A stretch of DNA of 64,000 nucleotides from Candidatus Woesearchaeota archaeon (GTDB lineage Archaea > Nanobdellota > Nanobdellia > Woesearchaeales > JAFGLG01): the NCBI GenBank assembly GCA_016928155.1, contig JAFGLG010000017.1, forward strand, positions 4,134 through 68,133, read 5' to 3'. The position numbers and the translations under genes were made by a program. Below, in pieces: positions 57,212 to 64,000 of the stretch (positions are counted from its first letter, which is position 1; every line of letters begins with the position of its first letter). The notes below the pieces were generated by a model, which was given only the letters and a program-made list of their open reading frames with translations, had not been told where the DNA came from and did no database searches.

Positions 57212-59605
57212 ATGGCAACAGCCAAGATCACTGAAAAACGCTGGGATAAGTCATTTGAGAAGCCTGTTTATGCCAGGTGGAAGGCTGATAAGCTGTTTGC
57301 CTTCAATAAGGATGCAATAAAGCCATTCTATAGCATTGACACCCCTCCGCCTTATGTGAACACTCCGATCCATATCGGGCATGCTGTCACTTATGTGCTG
57401 ATGGATATGTTTGCCAGGTATCGCAGGATGACTGGCCACGAAGTGCTTTTCCCGCTTGGTCTGGACCGCAATGGACTGCCGATTGAGATGGCAGCAGAAC
57501 GCAGGTTCGGCAAGAAGCTCAGTGAGGTTTCAAGGGCAGAGTTTGTGAAGATGTGCAATCAGGTCCTGGAGGAGTCCTCTGCTGAATCGACTGATTCTTT
57601 CCTGAAGCTGGGCATCTCTTTCAATTCCTGGGAGCTTGGCAGTGGCATAGGCGATATGTATTACACTGACTCTGATGAGTACAGGACCCTGACTCAGGAG
57701 ACTTTCATCGATCTCTGGAACAAGGGCCTGATCTATGAGGATGAGCGTACCAATAATTACTGCCCAGGCTGCCAGACAACTATCGCTGACTCTGAGATTG
57801 ATTATATGGACATCCCTTCTCTGTTCAATGATGTCATCTTCAAGATTGAGGAGACAGGTGAAGAGATCATCATCGGCACCACAAGGCCCGAGCTCATCTG
57901 CAGCTGTGCGATGGTCGTCTTCCATCCTGATGATGCGAGGTATCACCATCTTGAAGGCAAGCACGCGATCACCCCGGTTTTCAATAAGAAAGTCCCTATC
58001 AGGGCACATCCGAGCGCAAGCATGGAGAAGGGCACGGGATTGGTCATGATGTGCTCTTTCGGTGATTATACTGACATAAGGTTCTTCAGGGATATGAACC
58101 TCGAACCTATCATATCGATAAATATCGACGGCAAGATGAATGAGAACGCCGGCCAGTACAATGGCCTTGCTGTCAGGGAGGCCAGGGAGAAGATTATTGA
58201 GGATCTCAGGTCCGCAGGCTTGCTTGTGAAGCAGAAGGAGATAACGCACCGCACGCCTGTTTGCGAGAGGAGCAAGGATGAGATAGAGTTCATCAGCATG
58301 AAGGAATACTATCTCAAGCAGCTTGATTTCCTCGATGACATGAAGAGGGTGAGCAATGGGCTGAATTTCTTTGCGCCTAAGTCAAAGCAGATCCTTGATG
58401 CCTGGATTGATTCTGTCAAGATTGACTGGCCCATCTCAAGGAGGAGGGTTTATGCGACTGAGATCCCGCTCTGGTACTGCAAGTCCTGCAATGCGAAGAT
58501 GGTTCCTGAGAAAGGCAGGTATTACAGGCCATGGAAAGACAAGGCGCCTTTTGGCAGGTGCAGGTGCGGTTCATCTGAATTTGTTCCTGAGATGAGGGTC
58601 TTTGACACCTGGTTTGACTCGTCGATAACCCCCTTGTATATCCTCGGTTATGGCCGTGATCCCGAGTTCTTCCAGAGAGCCAAGCCTTGCACATTGAGGC
58701 CCCAGGGCAAAGAGATAATCAGGACCTGGCTGTACTATACCCTGCTCAAGTGCTATCACCTTACTGGTGAAAAGATATTCAGGGATGCGTGGATAAATTA
58801 TCATATAGTGGATGAGAAGGGCACAAAGATGTCCAAGTCATTGGGCAATGTCATCGACCCGCATGATATCCTGGAGAAATTCGGGGCAGAGCCCTTCAGG
58901 CTTTGGTGCGCTGTCGAGGGGAATCTTGATAACTCTGACCTGCGCTGCTCTTATGAGAGGATCGATGGTGCTGGCAAGACCCTTACCAAGCTCTGGAATG
59001 TCACTAGGTTCATATCCATGTTCGAATATGACAAGACTTCAGAATACAAGCTTACAGAGCTCGACAAGTGGATCATTTCAGAGGTCAATGAGCTCATCGA
59101 TCTCTGCAGGAAGAGCTATGAGGTATATGATTTCCATAATCCGGGTATCCAGCTGAAGCATTTCATCTGGGATACTCTTGCAAGCCATTATCTCGAGATG
59201 GCAAAGAAGCGCGCATATAATGATGGAGGTATCTTCTCGAAAGAGGAGCAGAACGGAGCATTGTACACTCTTGACTATTGCACAAAAACACTGCTTAGGC
59301 TCCTCTCGCCGATCACGCCTTTCATCACTGAGAAGCTTTATTCCAGCTTGTTCGAAGGCGAGATCCACCATATGCCTTTCCCTGAGGTGGAGCATGATGT
59401 CTCATCCCAGGTCACAAATCAGGATATCATCGATATAAACAGCGCTGTGTGGAAGGCAAAGGAGGAGCACAGCATCTCCTTGAAGAACCCCATAAAGATG
59501 GTCACTTTGACAGAAAAATACAGGCCTGTCGAGAAAGAGCTTATCATCACCCATAACATAGAGAAGGTGGAGTATGGTGATGAGATTAAGGTCATCGCAG
59601 AATAA
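57212..59605 (+). CDS. valS: class I aminoacyl-tRNA synthetase, most likely valyl-tRNA synthetase
   Basis: HIGH motif PIHIGHAV. KMSKSLGNVIDP. A zinc knuckle is present. 797 aa. ValRS rather than LeuRS or IleRS is judged from motif context only. Confidence 0.55.
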   Translation: MATAKITEKRWDKSFEKPVYARWKADKLFAFNKDAIKPFYSIDTPPPYVNTPIHIGHAVTYVLMDMFARYRRMTGHEVLFPLGLDRNGLPIEMAAERRFGKKLSEVSRAEFVKMCNQVLEESSAESTDSFLKLGISFNSWELGSGIGDMYYTDSDEYRTLTQETFIDLWNKGLIYEDERTNNYCPGCQTTIADSEIDYMDIPSLFNDVIFKIEETGEEIIIGTTRPELICSCAMVVFHPDDARYHHLEGKHAITPVFNKKVPIRAHPSASMEKGTGLVMMCSFGDYTDIRFFRDMNLEPIISINIDGKMNENAGQYNGLAVREAREKIIEDLRSAGLLVKQKEITHRTPVCERSKDEIEFISMKEYYLKQLDFLDDMKRVSNGLNFFAPKSKQILDAWIDSVKIDWPISRRRVYATEIPLWYCKSCNAKMVPEKGRYYRPWKDKAPFGRCRCGSSEFVPEMRVFDTWFDSSITPLYILGYGRDPEFFQRAKPCTLRPQGKEIIRTWLYYTLLKCYHLTGEKIFRDAWINYHIVDEKGTKMSKSLGNVIDPHDILEKFGAEPFRLWCAVEGNLDNSDLRCSYERIDGAGKTLTKLWNVTRFISMFEYDKTSEYKLTELDKWIISEVNELIDLCRKSYEVYDFHNPGIQLKHFIWDTLASHYLEMAKKRAYNDGGIFSKEEQNGALYTLDYCTKTLLRLLSPITPFITEKLYSSLFEGEIHHMPFPEVEHDVSSQVTNQDIIDINSAVWKAKEEHSISLKNPIKMVTLTEKYRPVEKELIITHNIEKVEYGDEIKVIAE

Positions 59606-59675
59606 TAATAATAATAATCCGCCTTTATTTTTATTTCCTTTTCGCTCTCTTCTTTGCCAAGTTCTCTTGAAGGAA

Positions 59676-59750
59676 AAATTTCAAAGAATATATCAGGGTT
59701 TATCCAGATCCGCAGCGCGGATCTGGTTGTAATCCTTTGAAATTTTTATG
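59676..59750. repeat. extended-hairpin repeat element, copy 3 (inverted orientation)
   Basis: aaatttcaaag..cagggtttatCCAGATCCGC-agc-GCGGATCTGGttgtaatcctttgaaattt. The outer 11-nt inverted repeat is perfect. Confidence 0.55.
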
Positions 59751-59794
59751 TGAGTCAAGCAAGGCAGAGGATGCTCAGAATAAGATATGCATGA

Positions 59795-60256
59795 TTATTG
59801 TCTTTTAAGTCTGTCAAGCGCCTCGAATGCCTTGAATCCGATGTTCCTGACATCAACTGGCACTGAAGGATCGTTCAATTCTTCTTTTGTGAACCATCTG
59901 AAATCATTGACTTCATCATCCTTCTTCTTGATTTCATTCTTGAGAGCTCTGCACAGATAGAATGAACAGCTGTGAGCATGGTCCCCCACACTGTGGACAT
60001 TGCAGTAGAATGGCAGTGCAAGCTGTGATATTATGTTGCCAGCAGGATCGACATCATTCCTGTTGAGGATCTCTATATCAAGATTGACTTCCTCTTTGAA
60101 CTCACGTATGAGGGTGTCATCAGGCGTTTCATCCTTGTCTATATGGCCTCCTGGAGGCAGCCACATGTCAAGTTTCTTGTGGTGTATGAGAAGCAGTTTA
60201 TTGTCATGTATCAGATGGCCGCAGACAACTAGATCCAGCCTCAGGCCCTTTTCCAT
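59795..60256 (-). CDS. NUDIX hydrolase
   Basis: Nudix box GGHIDKDETPDDTLIREFKEEVNL. Confidence 0.8.
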   Translation of the reverse strand: MEKGLRLDLVVCGHLIHDNKLLLIHHKKLDMWLPPGGHIDKDETPDDTLIREFKEEVNLDIEILNRNDVDPAGNIISQLALPFYCNVHSVGDHAHSCSFYLCRALKNEIKKKDDEVNDFRWFTKEELNDPSVPVDVRNIGFKAFEALDRLKRQ

Positions 60257-61638
60257 CTGAACCCGTCCTTGGAATCCTCGACTATATAGCCTTTCTCCTT
60301 GATCATGTCTCTTATCCTGTCTGCCTCTGCCCAGTCCTTTGCTGCTCGCGCAGCTTTTCTTTTTTCTATCATCTCAGCAAGATCCGGGGGCATCTCTTCA
60401 TCTTCGAAGGTCATCACGCCGAGCACCTTGTCTGTCTGCTGCATGAATTTAATGACCGAAGCCGCATCTTCATGTGATATCCTCTTTTCCTGGATGGAGA
60501 TGTTGATCTTCCTGACAAATTCGAACAATACAGCGAGTCCCTCTGATATGTTGAGGTCATCATCCATCTTCTCATTGAATCCTGTTCGTGCAGCTTCGAT
60601 ATCTTTGCTGATCTCAGGATTTTCTTCCCCTTCTTTCACATCTTTCAGGTTCCTTATGAATTCATTCAGCCTGTTGACTGTGCTCTTGGCTGCTTCGATG
60701 CCGTCCAGCGTGAAGTTGAGCTGCACCCTGTAATGTGTCGACAGGAGCAGGTACCTTATCGCCATCGCAGGATATCCTTTTTGGAGAAGATCCCGCAGCG
60801 TATAGAAATTGCCGAGTGATTTTGACATCTTCTTGCCGTCGACAAGTATCCATTCGTTGTGCACCCAGTAGTTGACGAATTTCTCTCCGGAATATGCCTC
60901 TGCCTGTGCGATCTCGTTCTCGTGATGCGGGAACACGAGGTCTATTCCGCCGCAATGGATATCGAAGTGGTTGCCCAGATACTTTGTAGACATCACGCTG
61001 CACTCTATGTGCCATCCAGGCCGTCCCTTACCCAGTTCCGTCTCCCAGTACACATCCCCATCAGATGGATCATATGATTTCCAGAGCGCAAAATCGCGCG
61101 CGCTTTCCTTTGTGTATTCGTCCTGTTTCACTCTGGCTCCTGCTTGCAGCTCATCCGCTCTTATTTTTGAGAGCTTCCCATAGTCTGGGAATTTGGCCAC
61201 AGAATAGTATATTGATCCGTCCTCTCCTTTGTACGCGACCCCGTCCGCCATCAGTTTCTTGACAGCATTCACCATCTCAGGTATGTGCTCTGTGGCTTTC
61301 GGGAATGCATGGGCCCTTTCGATATTAAGCATATCGATATCCTCGAAGAACGCCCTGGAATATCTTTCGGTGAACTCTTTGAGAGAGACTCCCTCTTTCT
61401 GTGAGTCCCTGATTGTCTTGTCGTCGACATCTGTGAGGTTCATGATATGCCTGACATCATGGCCGGAATGCTCCAGATATCTGCGCAGGAGGTCAGAGCA
61501 CACATATGCCCTGAAATTGCCTATGTGCGCGAAATTATAGACTGTGGGCCCGCATGTATACATGCCGACCTTGCCCTGGACAATGGGTTTGAACATGTCC
61601 TTCTCGCGTGTCAGTGTGTTGAATATTTTGAATGCCAT
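60241..61638 (-). CDS. cysS: cysteinyl-tRNA synthetase
   Basis: CGPTVYNFAHIGNFR (HIGH motif). KMSKSLGN. 465 aa. Confidence 0.9.
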   Translation of the reverse strand: MAFKIFNTLTREKDMFKPIVQGKVGMYTCGPTVYNFAHIGNFRAYVCSDLLRRYLEHSGHDVRHIMNLTDVDDKTIRDSQKEGVSLKEFTERYSRAFFEDIDMLNIERAHAFPKATEHIPEMVNAVKKLMADGVAYKGEDGSIYYSVAKFPDYGKLSKIRADELQAGARVKQDEYTKESARDFALWKSYDPSDGDVYWETELGKGRPGWHIECSVMSTKYLGNHFDIHCGGIDLVFPHHENEIAQAEAYSGEKFVNYWVHNEWILVDGKKMSKSLGNFYTLRDLLQKGYPAMAIRYLLLSTHYRVQLNFTLDGIEAAKSTVNRLNEFIRNLKDVKEGEENPEISKDIEAARTGFNEKMDDDLNISEGLAVLFEFVRKINISIQEKRISHEDAASVIKFMQQTDKVLGVMTFEDEEMPPDLAEMIEKRKAARAAKDWAEADRIRDMIKEKGYIVEDSKDGFRWKRA

Positions 61639-62036
61639 AGCAAGGGTATAATTTGCTGATTTAAAAATCTGATGTCATGGTACGATGCATTCATGACCGA
61701 TACTTGTCATCCGGGGCTTGAGCCGATTAGCCCTGATCAGGAGAGTTGTTCTGGCAGAACAAGCGCATTTCGGCAACCCAGGCTATTAAGGCAAAACTAT
61801 CATCTGGCTTAAAAATTATCATTTGGCTTATGGTGCTTTGATCCATGGTAGACTATCAGGGCATCCGGGATATGGCTGGATTGCCAGATAAGAGAGTAAA
61901 TATTTCTGTATGCTCAGGATTTTGTCAGTGCTCTTGATTTGACAGTGAAGTGACTAAGTGATTTAAGAGTATATTTATATCTTAAGAGTAATAACATTAC
62001 GAAATCTATATATATTCCTTGAAATCCCCTGTTTAG

Positions 62037-63896
62037 ATGAACCCGGAAAAAAGCAGATATATCTCAATAGCAGTTCAGAACCCATCATTGATCCATTTAC
62101 CCATATCTGAAAGGGGTGATTCGGTTACTGAGATTGGCCTGCAATTTGTTAATCCTTCAGAAAAGCAGGTTTCGATATTCGCGGACTTAGAAGACACAGG
62201 TTTAGTGATAGATTGCGAAGATTTTCAAATAGATGACACTGAGAAGTATACTGCTGCAGTCAATGAGGTGGTAACTTTCCGCGGTGATCCTATCATCCAG
62301 GATATGAGAATCAGTATGGCTGGTGATGGGTATGAATATGTTATCGGGGGGTATTTGAGGACCCAGCGTTTATTCAGACAGAAAGACATTGAAAGATTAC
62401 CCATCGGGTTTCCGTTGCATGGTGTTGATTTGGGGGATTTCATTTTAAGTTTGGATCATCATAAAGAAAAGGATGGATTAATTGAATTGGGGCATATTTT
62501 TGGGGATAGGGATAATTTGTTTGGCTTGAGTATTGGGATAAATGCTGACTTAGAAGGTAATCTTCAGAGGGAGATAACTGAAAAAGTCAGGCAAGAGGCC
62601 AAAGGATTCCTTGGAAGGAAAAAGATTGCTGAAACGACCCAAAAAAAATCCAGGATGGCTAGATTGCCGGATGATATGCCCGCAAAAGAAGTTATTATTA
62701 TTGACAATCTTGTTAGGATTTGTCAAACACTGGAAAGGGGTGTTAACTCTGTGTTCACATATTTGGGAGAGCCGATTAAATCAATCGGCGAGGTGCAGGT
62801 TGCTTATATGTTTTCTCGGACCGATGATGTTATTTTTCATTATGATAAAGGTCTAAAAGGCGTGGCAAAATCATATGACATCAGGGATTATCAGGGAACA
62901 AAGCTGTATTGTTATCACCCTGATCCTGGCACAGGCCATTTCAAGATTGGCAGCTTCACAGATGTGCAGCAGAAGGCAGGATCAGGCACATCAATTGAGG
63001 ATAAGCCGAAATCAGCGCAGATACTGAAGCCGCATTATGTTCAGAAAAAGCCAGATACGAGAAAAGCCGAAGATTCAGGTATTGTCACATTGGACGATGT
63101 TGTCGGGGCTGTTGAAGCAAAAAAAGAGTTGATGAGGGCATGCAATCATTTTAAGAATCCTGAAAGATATAGAGAATTTGGTATAACACCAAAAGCAGGT
63201 GTTTTGCTTCATGGCCCTTCTGGGACTGGAAAGACTTTGTTGGCCAGAGCAATGGCTAATGATGCAGAAGCGAAATTCTTGTTATGCGAATCTTATGATA
63301 TATTGAGCAAATTTTCAGGAGAGTCTGAAAATAATCTGGGGAATCTGCTGAGAGAAGCGGCAAAATATGACCGGTGCATACTGATAATCGATGAATTTGA
63401 TGCTCTGGGAAGGAAAAGGGAAATGAGTGACTCAAGTTCTCATGGGACAGAGGCAAGAATCGTGAATATTCTGTTGGGTTTCTTGGATGGATTTAAAAAG
63501 CAGGATAATGTATATATGATTGGTACTACCAATCGTCTTGATGTTATTGATGGAGCGATAATCCAGAGATTAGATACAATTTATGTGCCATTGCCTGACT
63601 TGGAAGCAAGGGCAGAGCTGGTCAGAAGAAGAACAGAAAGATACAGGAGTGATTTCCGGCCTGGCCTGTTTGGTGAAATTGATTACAATGCGATTGCGAA
63701 GGCGAGTGAAGGTTTGTCTGGCAGAGATCTGGTTGGTGAAAAGAGGAGTGTCTTCTCGTCTCTGCTTTACAAAGCAGAAGAGCTGTCTGTGAATCAGGGG
63801 AAAGGTTATATTCTGACAACCAAAGATTGGTTGGATGAGATAGAAAGGTCAAAACCTAAGCCGAGCGGTCCAAGAATTGGCTTTAAAAAATACTAG
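62037..63896 (+). CDS. AAA+ ATPase with an uncharacterised 360-aa N-terminal domain
   Basis: C-terminal AAA module GVLLHGPSGTGKTLLARA, Walker B ILIIDEFDAL, and second-region-of-homology TTNRLDVID. The N-terminal half has no recognised motif. Confidence 0.65.
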   Translation: MNPEKSRYISIAVQNPSLIHLPISERGDSVTEIGLQFVNPSEKQVSIFADLEDTGLVIDCEDFQIDDTEKYTAAVNEVVTFRGDPIIQDMRISMAGDGYEYVIGGYLRTQRLFRQKDIERLPIGFPLHGVDLGDFILSLDHHKEKDGLIELGHIFGDRDNLFGLSIGINADLEGNLQREITEKVRQEAKGFLGRKKIAETTQKKSRMARLPDDMPAKEVIIIDNLVRICQTLERGVNSVFTYLGEPIKSIGEVQVAYMFSRTDDVIFHYDKGLKGVAKSYDIRDYQGTKLYCYHPDPGTGHFKIGSFTDVQQKAGSGTSIEDKPKSAQILKPHYVQKKPDTRKAEDSGIVTLDDVVGAVEAKKELMRACNHFKNPERYREFGITPKAGVLLHGPSGTGKTLLARAMANDAEAKFLLCESYDILSKFSGESENNLGNLLREAAKYDRCILIIDEFDALGRKREMSDSSSHGTEARIVNILLGFLDGFKKQDNVYMIGTTNRLDVIDGAIIQRLDTIYVPLPDLEARAELVRRRTERYRSDFRPGLFGEIDYNAIAKASEGLSGRDLVGEKRSVFSSLLYKAEELSVNQGKGYILTTKDWLDEIERSKPKPSGPRIGFKKY

Positions 63897-64000
63897 GCCT
63901 TTGCTAGATTTTTGATTGTTTTCTTCTAATTTCTTGATGAATTCAGGGCTTCCTGATAGCATTGCTGCTGCCACTAAAAAAGATTCAATTAAAGAATATA

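Noticed and set aside
57212-59605. Alternative assignment as LeuRS, IleRS or MetRS.
   Set aside because: The exact KMSKSLGNVIDP motif and the HIGH context fit ValRS best. LeuRS-specific motifs (HAGH) and MetRS-specific motifs are absent. The size is too small for IleRS.
61639-62036. Possible SRP RNA or RNase P RNA in the 400-bp gap.
   Set aside because: I could not find the conserved SRP domain IV motif or RNase P P4 elements by eye. It is left as an unannotated non-coding region.

Overview
This window reads as an archaeal chromosome segment, probably from a small-genome DPANN-like lineage. The evidence is topoisomerase VI A/B, an archaeal DnaG, aMBF1, the Hef helicase-nuclease, the RFC large subunit, an archaeal AlaRS, and tRNAs carrying several introns. 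GC content is roughly 45% with AT-rich intergenic regions that contain TATA-like boxes. The core information-processing genes are XPD, AlaRS, SMC, Top6A/B, a KH-domain (Dim2-like) protein, DnaG, Hef, RfcL, ValRS and CysRS, plus ThiF/E1-like, DHH phosphoesterase and NUDIX genes. Between about 12.9 and 24.9 kb, flanking the SMC gene, sits an envelope/glycosylation cluster: a PIG-L deacetylase, GT4 and GT2 glycosyltransferases, three GT-C-like polytopic membrane proteins and a membrane-anchored thioredoxin-like protein. Accessory content is described below. (1) A GGDEF-domain protein sits next to an HD phosphohydrolase and a SWIM zinc-finger protein, which is unusual for an archaeon. (2) Two minimal-nucleotidyltransferase/HEPN toxin-antitoxin-like pairs are present; one is a 1.2-kb cassette inserted at the 3' end of hef and bounded by a perfect 40-bp direct repeat. 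(3) A Bro-N/KilA-N gene cassette is bounded by roughly 40-bp imperfect direct repeats and lies next to two intron-rich tRNAs. (4) Three tRNAs each carry two or three introns, and all share a conserved T-loop intron ending in GAAAGT. (5) A two-gene operon is tandemly duplicated: a pilin-like protein with a class III signal peptide, followed by a roughly 900-aa secreted LysM protein, with near-identical promoters and N-termini in the two copies. (6) A roughly 70-nt extended-hairpin repeat family occurs in three intergenic copies. (7) Two intergenic tandem-repeat arrays are present. (8) A relic of a bacterial-type EF-Tu C-terminus lies downstream of htpX. (9) An M50 site-2-protease homolog has lost its HExxH motif. 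All product calls rest on motifs I recognised by eye; no database search was possible.
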